Under the pieces are notes generated by a model. That model did not search any database, had not been told where the DNA came from, and saw only the letters and a program-made list of their open reading frames with translations. Below are positions 10,451 to 21,080 of a stretch of 64,000 nt of DNA, one piece after another. Origin of the DNA: Flavobacteriales bacterium (GTDB lineage Bacteria > Bacteroidota > Bacteroidia > NS11-12g > UBA9320); NCBI GenBank assembly GCA_020635455.1, contig JACJZT010000003.1:522143-586142 (forward strand), given 5' to 3'. Position 1 is the first letter of the stretch, and each line of letters starts with the position of its first letter. A program made the position numbers and the translations under genes.

Positions 10451-10813
10451 TTTATCCAATTTTGGCCTAAAAAAAAAACGAATTCAGTATGTTGAATATA
10501 TTCATACAACATGTCGATTGTTTACTTATGACTATTTATGTAATTGTTATCCAAAAGTGGTTATTTAAATCATAGGAAAGCATCGTTCACTTTACCTACT
10601 GTTCTCTTGACATAGCTATCATTGTTTAAATAAAAGAATCTTTTAACAGAGTAAATAGATTTTTATCTAGTATAGAAACTGAATAGTTATCGGTTGGTTT
10701 AATCCTTTTAATATTGGCTAAACATATTAAGGTTTGATGAATATCTGCACCTGAAATTAACGATATTTTTTATAGCGACATACTTTGGCGTTTTGACATC
10801 ATACTTTTGAAAT

Positions 10814-11941
10814 ATGAAATCAAAAGGTCTGAATTTTATAGATTTCGAAATTAATTCGAAACAAATGGGAAAAAATATAAGCAAAATAGACTTGACAAAG
10901 GTCTTTGGGAAAAGAGAAGCCTATTTAAATGAATTTCAATTATTTGCCACGTATTTTAATGAGATACCAAATTTAATAGATGAACATTATATTGATTGTA
11001 AAAAAGCTTTAAGTTGGTTCTTTAATTTTTTTAAAGCTGAAATTAAAGATTATCATTTTACAAAACGTTTTTATAATGGAAACAAGACAGCTGAATTTGA
11101 CGATAACTTGTTCTTTATTTATGAGGATCTGCTTGTTTATTTTGACCATAATTGCTCAAATGTTCGGTTTCTCTTTCGTAAGACAGCCGGATATAAAGTT
11201 GATAAACTAATCAAAGAAATTAGAAAATTCAAGAAAAGAAAAAAAGTTCAAAATCCTGAAATAAATATCCTAGTGAATTCGGTTTCGGGTATTGACACTA
11301 TGGTAATGAATTTAAACAAGGAAAAACTTAGTATCCATGATAACTACAACGATGACTTTAAAGAAGTACATCAAACCATATTAAAGCGGCTTTCACAAAT
11401 GAATGATAAAGGTTTGGTTCTTTTACATGGCAAACCAGGAACAGGCAAAACTTCCTATATTCGCTATCTTATCTCCACATTAAAGAAGGAAGTTATTTTT
11501 TTGCCGCCCAACATGGCAAATGCTATTACTAATCCTAATCTCATTTCAATTTTGATTAATAATCCTAATTCTGTTTTAGTCATTGAAGATGCCGAAAATA
11601 TAATAATAGATAGGAATAATAACGGTAGCTCACCGGTTTCTTCGCTGCTTAATATCTCGGATGGCTTGCTTTCCGATTGCCTAAACATTCAAATTGTCTG
11701 TTCATTTAATACCGATATCTCAAAGGTAGATACTGCTTTAATGAGAAAAGGCCGGTTGATAGCCAAATATGAATTTAAAGAACTGGAAGTTGAAAAAGCC
11801 AACGTTCTATCAAAAAAATTGGGTTATGATTCAAATTTTTTTGTTCCAATGACTTTGGCAGCTATTTATAATCAGGATGAAAAAGACTTTCAGACTGCAA
11901 AATTAAATTCGATTGGATTTAAAAGCGTAGGTTCGAATTAA
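10814..11941 (+). CDS. AAA-family ATPase (classical AAA module with an unknown N-terminal domain)
   Basis: Walker A (LLHGKPGTGKTS), Walker B (VLVIEDAE) and an SRH-like ALMRKGR. The N-terminal roughly 190 aa are unrecognised. Confidence 0.7.
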   Translation: MKSKGLNFIDFEINSKQMGKNISKIDLTKVFGKREAYLNEFQLFATYFNEIPNLIDEHYIDCKKALSWFFNFFKAEIKDYHFTKRFYNGNKTAEFDDNLFFIYEDLLVYFDHNCSNVRFLFRKTAGYKVDKLIKEIRKFKKRKKVQNPEINILVNSVSGIDTMVMNLNKEKLSIHDNYNDDFKEVHQTILKRLSQMNDKGLVLLHGKPGTGKTSYIRYLISTLKKEVIFLPPNMANAITNPNLISILINNPNSVLVIEDAENIIIDRNNNGSSPVSSLLNISDGLLSDCLNIQIVCSFNTDISKVDTALMRKGRLIAKYEFKELEVEKANVLSKKLGYDSNFFVPMTLAAIYNQDEKDFQTAKLNSIGFKSVGSN

Positions 11942-11943
11942 AT

Positions 11944-12870
11944 ATGTCTAAACGAGGCTATATAACCCGCTACCAGCTTATTCTTAAAAAGCTAAAGACC
12001 AAACCCTATTCCACCTTAGCGGAATTACAAGGTTATGTTGAAAGGCAATATGAATATTTGAAGGAACAGGACGACACTTTAAAAATTGGTTTCTCAAAAC
12101 GTACATTTCAAAGAGATATCCGTGAAATTCGAACCGATTTTGGCATTGATATAGAATACTCCAGAAAAGAGAAAGGCTTTTTTATCAGCTCAAGCGAGAT
12201 GGATTCCACCAATTTTGAACGTAGAATGGAGGCATTTGATACATTTAATGCATTAAATCTTACCAAAGATTTATCTTCCTTTATCCTTTTAGAAAAACGC
12301 CGTCCAAAGGGTACCGATAATTTATATGGGATATTGCATGCAATCAAAAATCGGTATCAAATTAAATTTTCGTACCAAAAATTTTGGGAAGAAGTTGAAA
12401 GTCAACGTAAAGTGGAGCCATACGCGATAAAAGAATTTAAAAACCGCTGGTATATTATGGCTAAGGATACCAAAGACAATAAGGTAAAAAGCTTTGCCAT
12501 TGACCGCTTAGCCAACTTTGAGATAACCAATACATTATTTGAGTACCCGGAAAACCATCAAATAGAAGAAACCTACAAATATTGCTTTGGAATAATAAGT
12601 CCTGAAAGCAATACACCGGAGAAAATAATTTTATCTTTTAATCCTTTTCAAGGAAAATATATTAAAAGCTTACCACTGCATGAAACTCAGGAAGTTATAT
12701 TGGATAATAAACAGGAGTTACGTATTTCTTTAAAGCTATACATCACCTATGATTTGGTTATGGAGTTAATGTCTTATGGCAACAATGTAAAGGTTTTAGA
12801 ACCTAAAACACTTGCAAAAGAGATAAAATTACTTCATGAGAAAGCCTTTAATCAATATGAAAAGTTGTAA
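11944..12870 (+). CDS. HTH-WYL domain transcriptional regulator (BrxR/CapW-like class)
   Basis: N-terminal wHTH pattern (RYQLILKKL ... FSKRTFQRDIREI) and a WYL-domain signature (NRWYIMAKD). 308 aa. The start sits 3 bp after the ATPase stop. Confidence 0.7.
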   Translation: MSKRGYITRYQLILKKLKTKPYSTLAELQGYVERQYEYLKEQDDTLKIGFSKRTFQRDIREIRTDFGIDIEYSRKEKGFFISSSEMDSTNFERRMEAFDTFNALNLTKDLSSFILLEKRRPKGTDNLYGILHAIKNRYQIKFSYQKFWEEVESQRKVEPYAIKEFKNRWYIMAKDTKDNKVKSFAIDRLANFEITNTLFEYPENHQIEETYKYCFGIISPESNTPEKIILSFNPFQGKYIKSLPLHETQEVILDNKQELRISLKLYITYDLVMELMSYGNNVKVLEPKTLAKEIKLLHEKAFNQYEKL

Positions 12871-12880
12871 TTATTAAATC

Positions 12881-14236
12881 ATGCTTTCCAAATCCAAATT
12901 CACCCGTGGTATGAATTGTCCAAAGTCCTTATGGCTTTATGTTAATAAAAAGGAGGAACGGTTAGTGGACAATGCAACTATGGCTATTTTTTCAAGGGGA
13001 TCTAATATTGGTTTGCTTGCCCAACAATATTTTCCGGATGGGAAAATGGCTGTTCTTGAAGATTATCCAGGGTACGAATCAGCTAAAAGAACCCAAGATT
13101 TCATAAACCAAGGGATTGAAACCATATACGAAGCCACATTTATTTATGACAATACCCTTGTAGCTGTTGATATTCTTGTTAAAGAAAATGGGGAGTGGAA
13201 TATGTATGAAGTTAAGAGTACAAACTCTGTAAAATCACAACATATTATCGATGTTGCTGTTCAATATTATGTTGTTAAGGGCAGTGGATTTCCGCTAAAA
13301 AATGCCCATGTTATGCACCTCAATCGCGACTATGTGCGAAAAGGAGCACTCGACATTCGAAAATTATTTACCATTGATAATGGTATGATTCAAGATGAAA
13401 TTGAACCTATACAAGCTCAGATTGCCAAAGATATAAAACGACTTTCAGCCTTAGAAAAAGATACAGCTGAACCCATTATTGAAATGGGTAATCAGTGCAC
13501 TTCCCCTTATACATGTGACTTTTACCAGTATTGTAATTCATTGCTTCCGGTTACCGAAGTGGAAAAAATATTATTGAGCAGTACTCCCTATATCATGGAA
13601 TCTGAGTTAAAGACTTTTGTTAATTCTGTTCAATATCCATTGTGCCATCTTGATTTCGAGACTATAATGCCTGCCATACCGATGTTTGATGAGTCTCGGC
13701 CTTATCAGCAAATCCCATTTCAATATTCGCTTCATATTCAACAAACCCGGAATGGTGAAATAACACATGAATACTATCTTGCTGAAAACAATCCAAATTT
13801 CGATCCTCGCAGAGCTTTTATTGAGAAATTGATTGAGCAAACCAAAAATGCTAAAACAATCTTTGTCTATCATATTCTTTTTGAACGAAGTCGCATTCTT
13901 GAAATGATGCGTGATTTTCCCGAGTACGCAGAAGACTTGGGACTTATAGTAGAAAAATTAGTTGACCTGATAATTCCTTTTAAGAAAAAATATTACCGGA
14001 CAGAAACCATGGGCGGCTCATCCTCCATTAAGAATGTACTACCCGCTTTACACCCTGAATTTTCCTATTCTGCATTGGAAATCAGCAATGGCATGGAAGC
14101 AAGCAATTCCTTTCTGGGTCTATATTATTGTGAAGATGAAGAAACTATTGCCAAAACCCGAGAAAACCTTTTAAAATATTGCCATTTAGATACCTTAGCC
14201 ATGGTAAAGATATTTGAGGTTTTGGAGAGTGTATAA
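12881..14236 (+). CDS. DUF2779-like protein (predicted PD-(D/E)xK / RecB-like nuclease family)
   Basis: The N-terminus (MLSKSKFTRGMNCPKSLWLY) matches the characteristic DUF2779 start, plus a DxD/ExK-like region (YEVKSTN). 451 aa. Confidence 0.5.
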   Translation: MLSKSKFTRGMNCPKSLWLYVNKKEERLVDNATMAIFSRGSNIGLLAQQYFPDGKMAVLEDYPGYESAKRTQDFINQGIETIYEATFIYDNTLVAVDILVKENGEWNMYEVKSTNSVKSQHIIDVAVQYYVVKGSGFPLKNAHVMHLNRDYVRKGALDIRKLFTIDNGMIQDEIEPIQAQIAKDIKRLSALEKDTAEPIIEMGNQCTSPYTCDFYQYCNSLLPVTEVEKILLSSTPYIMESELKTFVNSVQYPLCHLDFETIMPAIPMFDESRPYQQIPFQYSLHIQQTRNGEITHEYYLAENNPNFDPRRAFIEKLIEQTKNAKTIFVYHILFERSRILEMMRDFPEYAEDLGLIVEKLVDLIIPFKKKYYRTETMGGSSSIKNVLPALHPEFSYSALEISNGMEASNSFLGLYYCEDEETIAKTRENLLKYCHLDTLAMVKIFEVLESV

Positions 14237-14247
14237 ATTAAAAACAT

Positions 14248-14979
14248 ATGGAAACTTTACCTAAGGATATAAAACTACTGCGCCACATTAAGTCTATTCT
14301 TGATGAATTAATGAAGGATAGGTATACTCACATAGAAATTCGTTTAAATGAGCTTTACGAATATCTTGAACATGATGACCTATTATTACAAGAATTTCCG
14401 AATGCTCATTCTATTAGTAGGTTTTTAAGAGCACAGCACTTATACGGAATAATGAAACAAATTATCCCTAATTATAGAGTTGATACATCTGATTTCAGAC
14501 GGTTTCAATGGTATTTCTCGAAGGAGGTAACTCCAAAACTGGCAAATACTATACAATCCGAGTCTTTCATAAGTAAAAATATGTACCATAAATATGGGAA
14601 ACAAGTATTAGCATCAAATGGCGAAATGTTAAGATCGGAGCAAGAAAAGTCGATTTATGAATGCTTGTTACAATATACGGAGTTAACCATTCAATATGAT
14701 TTTCCTATAACAATTAAAAGTGAAACCAAAATAGTCGATTTTTTCATTAGAAATAATAAGATGGGAACCAAGTTTATTTGGGAACATTTTGGAATGACGA
14801 ATTCAGTAAATTACATGAATGAAATGACTGATAAAATTGATTGGTACAATTTAAATGGCTATATAATTGATGGCAATGAAAGAAATCTGATCTATACCAT
14901 ATATGAAAATGATAGCTCATTTTATAAGGATATTGATAAATACATCCATTTAATTTTAGATCAATCTGGCCAACTTTAG
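14248..14979 (+). CDS. hypothetical protein
   Basis: 243-aa ORF tightly packed in a co-directional array. No motif recognised. Confidence 0.4.
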   Translation: METLPKDIKLLRHIKSILDELMKDRYTHIEIRLNELYEYLEHDDLLLQEFPNAHSISRFLRAQHLYGIMKQIIPNYRVDTSDFRRFQWYFSKEVTPKLANTIQSESFISKNMYHKYGKQVLASNGEMLRSEQEKSIYECLLQYTELTIQYDFPITIKSETKIVDFFIRNNKMGTKFIWEHFGMTNSVNYMNEMTDKIDWYNLNGYIIDGNERNLIYTIYENDSSFYKDIDKYIHLILDQSGQL

Positions 14980-15057
14980 AAAACAAAAATTACCTGTGAA
15001 CTTATACTGCACAGGTACAAAAGAAATTTGCCTTGAAGTTAAAATGAATAAGCGAAT

Positions 15058-17520
15058 ATGAGAAAAGTAGAATATAGAAATCCGCAAGATGTAATTGCAT
15101 TTAAAGTTTTTGGAATCTTCGCTATTTTTCGGAATAACTCCCGGTTTAGCCATTTTGAGGAACAAGTGCAAATTGTGCTTTTTTTTTTATCACTTTATAA
15201 GGATGGTATAATAAATTCAAAAACACTAGACAAGAACTCTGGCTTTGATGAGTTTAGTAGAACAATTACTGATAATAACATAAAAAGTAAGGTCTATAAA
15301 TCATATTCACTTGTAATTCAAAATCTTGAAGATGGTTTATCTAAAATTGATAATAAAACATTTTTAAGAATTTGCATTCATCTTTTCGAAATAGATAAAG
15401 ATTTCCTGATTGAAAATTTCCCGATAATTTTTGATGATATTTTGTATAGAATAGCCCAATCACAGGGTAGGTCAGCAGGAGAGTTTATTCAACCACTTGA
15501 ATTAACCCGTTTTATGTGTGGTTTGGCTGATTTGGAAAAAGATGCCAAAGTTTTTAATCCCTTTGCAGGCTTAGCTTCGTTTGGGGTTTTCCTCGACCAT
15601 AGTCAGGATTACTTTGGACAAGAGCTAAATCAAAAAACATGGGCTTTAGGTGCTTTGAGACTCATGGCATATGAGAGGCCAGTCAGTTCAATTTTTGTTT
15701 GCGATGATTCGATTTTACATTGGCCAGACCAATCTGAAAAATTCGACGTGATTATGTCTAATCCTCCTTTCGGGATGAGAATTACGCATCATTACAGTGA
15801 AATGGAATCCAACATCAAAACAATTGAACATTTTTTAATTGAAAAAGGTGTTCAATCCTTAAAACAAAACGGTAAGTTAATAGCCCTTTTGCCACAGGGC
15901 TTTCTTTTTAGAGGCATGCAGGATAAGCGTTTAAGGGAACATTTGGTAGAAGAAGATTTAATTGACACCATTATTTCATTGCCTGGTGGATTATTGCTAA
16001 ATACAGGAATTCCATTAATCATCTTAGTTCTTGGTAGAAACAAAAAGTTACGCGGTAAAGTAAAATTCGTTGATGCTAGTAAGTTTGTCATTTCCAAGGG
16101 GCCGAGAGAAAAAGTACTGAATGATTACAGCCTAAACAGCTTTATTCATAGCGATAAGGTAGATGATAATGTTGTTAAGATTGTTTACAATGAACAAGTA
16201 CGTAACAACGATTACAACCTGAGTGTTGCGCGATATTTTCATAAGCAAATTGATGGTGTAAAACTCGGTGATATTCTTGAGTTCGTTAGAGGCCAAAGAG
16301 GCAATCAGCCTGAAACAGGCAAACTAATTCGTATTCGTGATTTAAAAGACGATAAAGTTGATTTTACGCTTGATATTTCCAGCGTTGAAGAAACGGAACT
16401 GAGACGACCTGCCATTCATCTTGTATCGGAATCTTGCCTTCTACTTGCTATGCGTTGGCGGACATTAAAGCCAACGTATTTTGAGTACAAAGGTGAGCCT
16501 ATTTTCCGAAGTCAGGATATTTTATCCTTTAAGGTTAATGAAGCTATTGTAGACAATGCATACTTAATCAACGAGCTTCATGCCGATTATGTGCAGGAAC
16601 AGGTTGAGACATACCGTTTGGGAGCTTCTGTTATTCCCTTTATTCGAAAAGACGATTTGATGGAGGTCGTTATCAAACTTCCTCCAATAGAAGAGCAACG
16701 AGCTAAAATGCAAGGGATATACGAATTGTCTGATAAGATTTCAAAACTTCAAGAAGAGAGAAATGCTTTAGCTCATGGTAAATCAATCAGGCAATTCAAT
16801 GAATTTGCTTCTTTGAAACATACGTTGGGAAGACCAAGACAAAATATTCTTGACTGGTCGGACAACCTTCTCGATTTCTTAAACAAGAAAAAAGAGGGAT
16901 TTGAATCATTGAATAAATCATTTGCCGAATTCTATGACATTGACATTGTTTCGGTTCTCAAAGAAATAAAACGAGATGTAAACTTCATAACAGAAGTGCT
17001 TGAAAAGGGTGAAAATGGACTTGTCCCATCCGAGTACCAAAAACAAATAATTCCGCTATCCGACATTAATAGTATCATCAATGAACTGTCTAATAACGGA
17101 TTTAACTTCAAAATAAAAAAGTTACTATTGAAAGGTGAAAAGCTGAAAGAAAGAGGAATCAATGCCAACAAAACGCTTTTCAAAACATTGCTCGACAACA
17201 TACTTACAAATGCCAACAAGTATGCCTTTGATAAAAAAGCTACGGGTAACGAAGTAATTATTGAATTAACCGAAGTAGATGATTACTTTTCAATGGAAAT
17301 AAGAAATAACGGTAAACCATTTCCGACGAACTACGACAGAGAGAAGTTTATTACCAAATACTCAACAGCCGATTCAAGTAATGGCAGTGGTTTAGGCGGT
17401 TATGATATACACAGAATTGCAAGCCATTTTAATAACCCTGATTGGATATTATCCCTGAACGAAGACCCTTTCTTTTTAGTGAAGTTCAAATTCCAATTCC
17501 CAATTAAATTGATTAACTAA
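15058..17520 (+). CDS. Fusion protein: gamma-class N6-adenine DNA methyltransferase, then an HsdS-like target recognition domain, then a histidine-kinase-type ATPase (HATPase_c)
   Basis: MTase motif I (VFNPFAGLASFG) and motif IV (NPPFG). A TRD-like segment with a PPIEEQ motif. C-terminal GHKL N-box (ILTNANKYAF) and G2 box (GSGLGGYDI). A possible H-box (SLKHTLGRPRQNI). Confidence 0.7.
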   Translation: MRKVEYRNPQDVIAFKVFGIFAIFRNNSRFSHFEEQVQIVLFFLSLYKDGIINSKTLDKNSGFDEFSRTITDNNIKSKVYKSYSLVIQNLEDGLSKIDNKTFLRICIHLFEIDKDFLIENFPIIFDDILYRIAQSQGRSAGEFIQPLELTRFMCGLADLEKDAKVFNPFAGLASFGVFLDHSQDYFGQELNQKTWALGALRLMAYERPVSSIFVCDDSILHWPDQSEKFDVIMSNPPFGMRITHHYSEMESNIKTIEHFLIEKGVQSLKQNGKLIALLPQGFLFRGMQDKRLREHLVEEDLIDTIISLPGGLLLNTGIPLIILVLGRNKKLRGKVKFVDASKFVISKGPREKVLNDYSLNSFIHSDKVDDNVVKIVYNEQVRNNDYNLSVARYFHKQIDGVKLGDILEFVRGQRGNQPETGKLIRIRDLKDDKVDFTLDISSVEETELRRPAIHLVSESCLLLAMRWRTLKPTYFEYKGEPIFRSQDILSFKVNEAIVDNAYLINELHADYVQEQVETYRLGASVIPFIRKDDLMEVVIKLPPIEEQRAKMQGIYELSDKISKLQEERNALAHGKSIRQFNEFASLKHTLGRPRQNILDWSDNLLDFLNKKKEGFESLNKSFAEFYDIDIVSVLKEIKRDVNFITEVLEKGENGLVPSEYQKQIIPLSDINSIINELSNNGFNFKIKKLLLKGEKLKERGINANKTLFKTLLDNILTNANKYAFDKKATGNEVIIELTEVDDYFSMEIRNNGKPFPTNYDREKFITKYSTADSSNGSGLGGYDIHRIASHFNNPDWILSLNEDPFFLVKFKFQFPIKLIN

Positions 17521-17522
17521 CT

Positions 17523-18701
17523 ATGGAAGATGTATTTTACAATATTTTGTGGATAGACGATGAGTATGAAACACTTAAAGGCACTAAAGGACGTGCTAAA
17601 CGAAATGGAATTAATCTGATTCCTTTCAAATCATTGAATGGTGGAATGAATGAATTAGAAAGAAATTTTCCTTTTTATGATGGTGTATTACTGGACGCTA
17701 AATTCTTTGAAAATGAAGATGATGTAAAAGGATCAGAAGACACATACAATGTTCATAGAGCCAAGGAGAGATTACTTCAACTCAAAAAGCAATTCGAGGT
17801 ATTTATTCTTACAGGGCAAGCAGAGGCTTATGAAGACAAAACATTTAAAAAGGCTTTCACAAAAGTTTACAAAAAAGGAAGTGATGATGAAACTGATCGC
17901 TTATTTGAGGATATTAAGCGTGCTGCAGCTACCCAGGAAGACACCCAAATCCGACATAAACATAAACGAGTTTTTGAAGTTTGCACAGAAAAATATATTG
18001 GCGAACTAGCCGGACAGGATATTTTAAGCCTTTTGAAGGTCAATGACGATATCAATATTGACAATCATTTTAACACACTCAGAAAAATTGTTGAAGACCT
18101 TTTTATGGCCTTCCATAAATTTGGTTTACTGCCTCCCGAATTTGTTACACCGGGTGTCTCTTTAAATGAAAGCAGTAAGTTTTTAGCGGGCAAAAGCTCT
18201 GATGGCTCACCATTTACGGAAAAGGGTTATCAGCATTTAGAAGAAACTCATCTTCCGAAACAAATTGCATTTTACTTACGCAGTATTTTAGGCGTAACCC
18301 AAGCCGGGTCTCACAGGTCCGAAATTGATTTGTATGTAAAGACCATCAAAACACCTTTCCTTTTTAAAAGTATTTTCTTTCAACTTTTAGATCTTCTGGT
18401 TTGGTTTAAAATGTTTGTAGATTCGAATCCCAAAACTGGTAATTGGATCAAAGTGGAATCCAAAACTGAAAAACCTGAGCAAACCCCTGATCTCATATTT
18501 GGCGAAGTTATTAATATAAATACACAAAAAGGTTTCGCCTTTTTAAAACTTGACGCAGCCGGAGATAATATTTTCATCCCCCCGCATTTGGTTTCGAATC
18601 ATAACTTGAGCGAAGGCATGTCCGTGATGATTGAAATAGAAGAATATACAGACAACCGCACAAACGAATTAAAAATCAGAGCAAAACGAATTGAATTATA
18701 A
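17523..18701 (+). CDS. Receiver(REC)-like domain protein with a C-terminal cold-shock/OB-fold domain
   Basis: N-terminus ILWIDDE ... GVLLDAKF ... VFILTGQ ... K matches the CheY-like D-D/D/T/K pattern. C-terminus GEVININTQKGFAFLKLD...DNIFIP is CSD-like. Translationally coupled to both neighbours. Confidence 0.6.
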   Translation: MEDVFYNILWIDDEYETLKGTKGRAKRNGINLIPFKSLNGGMNELERNFPFYDGVLLDAKFFENEDDVKGSEDTYNVHRAKERLLQLKKQFEVFILTGQAEAYEDKTFKKAFTKVYKKGSDDETDRLFEDIKRAAATQEDTQIRHKHKRVFEVCTEKYIGELAGQDILSLLKVNDDINIDNHFNTLRKIVEDLFMAFHKFGLLPPEFVTPGVSLNESSKFLAGKSSDGSPFTEKGYQHLEETHLPKQIAFYLRSILGVTQAGSHRSEIDLYVKTIKTPFLFKSIFFQLLDLLVWFKMFVDSNPKTGNWIKVESKTEKPEQTPDLIFGEVININTQKGFAFLKLDAAGDNIFIPPHLVSNHNLSEGMSVMIEIEEYTDNRTNELKIRAKRIEL

Positions 18702-18703
18702 CT

Positions 18704-21070
18704 ATGAACCAAGCCGTACACAATAAATCCATATCCTTTATCTGGTCAATAGCAGACGATTGTTTGCGTGATGTATATGTAAGAGGTAAATACCGCGATG
18801 TAATACTTCCCATGGTGGTGCTTCGCAGGCTAGATGCCTTGCTTGAACCTACCAAAGCAGCCGTTCTCGAAGAATTGGTCTTTCAGAAGGAAGAAGCCAG
18901 ATTTACCGAGTGGGATGAAAATGGTTTGAGACAAGCCAGTGGTTATGTATTTTACAACACCAGCCAATGGACCTTACAGCGTTTACATGATACAGCCACC
19001 AATAATCAGCAAATATTAGAGGCGAACTTTGAAGATTACCTGAATGGCTTTAGTGGCAACGTGAAAGAAATCATTGAGAAATTCAAACTCAAAAGTCAGG
19101 TGCGGCACATGGCATCCAAAGATGTATTGTTGAATGTGTTGGAGAAATTCACCTCACCGTATATAAACCTCACACCATTTGAAAAAAGCGATCCGGATGG
19201 ACGAAAACTTCCGCCTTTAACCAATTTGGGAATGGGCTATGTTTTTGAAGAATTGATCCGCAAATTTAACGAAGACAATAACGAAGAAGCCGGGGAACAC
19301 TTTACACCACGTGAGGTTATTGACCTGATGACTCACATTATTTTTGAACCGGTTAAGGATAAACTACCTCCGGTTATGACCATCTACGATCCTGCATGCG
19401 GAAGTGGTGGGATGCTTACCGAGTCACAAAATTTCATTAAAGATGAAGAGGGCGAAATAAAAGCCAAAGGCGATGTGTATTTATATGGCAAGGAGATAAA
19501 CGATGAAACCTACGCCATTTGCAAATCGGATATGATGATCAAGGGCAATAATCCTGAAAATATTCGGGTTGGCTCAACGCTGAGTACCGATGAGTTTGCA
19601 GGCACAACGTTTGACTTTATGCTTTCTAATCCTCCTTATGGAAAATCCTGGGCAAGTGAATTGAAATATATAAAGGATGGCAAAGAAATTATTGACCCGC
19701 GTTTTCAAATTAAACTAAAAAACTATTGGGGCATTGAAGAAGACGCAGATGCAACGCCACGTTCATCGGATGGACAATTGCTTTTTTTGATGGAGATGGT
19801 GAATAAAATGAAACCACTCAAACAAAGTCCTCTGGGTTCACGCATTGCTTCGGTGCATAATGGCAGCAGCTTGTTTACAGGCGATGCCGGTGGTGGTGAG
19901 AGTAACATTCGCCGTTACATTATTGAAAACGATTGGTTAGAGGCCATTGTGCAAATGCCAAACAACTTGTTTTACAATACCGGTATTACCACCTATATCT
20001 GGATATTGAGTAACAATAAAACAGCCGAGCGAAAAGGCAAGGTGCAATTGATTGATGCCGGATTATTGTTTCGCAAATTGCGTAAAAACTTAGGGAACAA
20101 AAATTGCGAGTTTGCACCGGAGCATATTCGTGAAATTGTTTCGGTTTACGAAAAAATGCAAGCAGTTGAGCGTGTAATTCATCCTGAAACTAAGGAAGAA
20201 CAAGGCATCGCTTCTAAAGTATTTGACAATACCGATTTTGGGTATTACAAAGTAAGCATTGAACGGCCTAAGCGCTTGAAAGCACAATTTACGGCCAAAC
20301 GAATTGCCGAACTCCGTTTTGATAAAACCTTGCGTGAACCCATGGCATGGGCGTATGAAACCTTTGGTGAAGAAGTATATTCCAACCTTTCCAAGCATGA
20401 AAAGGAAATGGAAGATTGGTGCGAAAAACAAGAACTGAATCTTAATGCCAAACAAAGTATGGCATTGGTAAGCGAAACTCTTTGGAACAAACAATTGGAA
20501 CTGTTTAACACAGCCAACAAGCTGATGACACTGATTGGTGGCAATGAATACTCTGATTTTAATATTTTTAAAGACAAGGTAAACGGGGCCTTAAAAAGCA
20601 TGCAATCCAAACTCACATCTTCTGAAAAAAATGCCATACTAAATGCTGTGAGTTGGTATGATGCCGGCGCAGAAAAAGTAGTAAAAGGAACGGTAAAGTT
20701 AACCGGTGAGAAATTGGAACGGCTAATGAATCATTTGGCTTGCGAAGAACATCAATTAGCAGATTATGGCTATTATGCTACCAACAAAAAGGGAGATTAT
20801 ATTGAATACGAGACCGAAAGTGATTTAAGGGATACCGAAAATGTGCCACTCAAAGAAAATATTTACACCTACTTTTTGCGAGAAGTAAAACCGCATGTGG
20901 CCGAAGCCTGGATTAATTTGGATGCTACTAAAATTGGTTATGAAATAAGTTTTAATAAATACTTTTATCGTCACAAACCTTTGCGCAGTATAGAGGAAGT
21001 AAGCACCGATATTTTGAAACTGGAAGAACTAAGTGATGGCCTTATTCGTGAAATTTTAAGTTTAAACTAA
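18704..21070 (+). CDS. hsdM: Type I restriction-modification system methyltransferase subunit
   Basis: HsdM N-terminal domain (IWSIADDCLRDVYVRGKYRDVILPMVVLRRLD), an AdoMet motif (DPACGSGGML) and NPPYG. 788 aa. Confidence 0.9.
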   Translation: MNQAVHNKSISFIWSIADDCLRDVYVRGKYRDVILPMVVLRRLDALLEPTKAAVLEELVFQKEEARFTEWDENGLRQASGYVFYNTSQWTLQRLHDTATNNQQILEANFEDYLNGFSGNVKEIIEKFKLKSQVRHMASKDVLLNVLEKFTSPYINLTPFEKSDPDGRKLPPLTNLGMGYVFEELIRKFNEDNNEEAGEHFTPREVIDLMTHIIFEPVKDKLPPVMTIYDPACGSGGMLTESQNFIKDEEGEIKAKGDVYLYGKEINDETYAICKSDMMIKGNNPENIRVGSTLSTDEFAGTTFDFMLSNPPYGKSWASELKYIKDGKEIIDPRFQIKLKNYWGIEEDADATPRSSDGQLLFLMEMVNKMKPLKQSPLGSRIASVHNGSSLFTGDAGGGESNIRRYIIENDWLEAIVQMPNNLFYNTGITTYIWILSNNKTAERKGKVQLIDAGLLFRKLRKNLGNKNCEFAPEHIREIVSVYEKMQAVERVIHPETKEEQGIASKVFDNTDFGYYKVSIERPKRLKAQFTAKRIAELRFDKTLREPMAWAYETFGEEVYSNLSKHEKEMEDWCEKQELNLNAKQSMALVSETLWNKQLELFNTANKLMTLIGGNEYSDFNIFKDKVNGALKSMQSKLTSSEKNAILNAVSWYDAGAEKVVKGTVKLTGEKLERLMNHLACEEHQLADYGYYATNKKGDYIEYETESDLRDTENVPLKENIYTYFLREVKPHVAEAWINLDATKIGYEISFNKYFYRHKPLRSIEEVSTDILKLEELSDGLIREILSLN

Positions 21071-21080
21071 CCGCAAGTTT

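Noticed and set aside
10760-10813. Bacteroidetes-type -7 promoter element (TAnnTTTG-like tacttttg) upstream of the first island gene
   Set aside because: The match lies only a few nucleotides before the start codon, too close to serve as its promoter. Similar AT-rich octamers are frequent in this region, so it is not reported as a feature.
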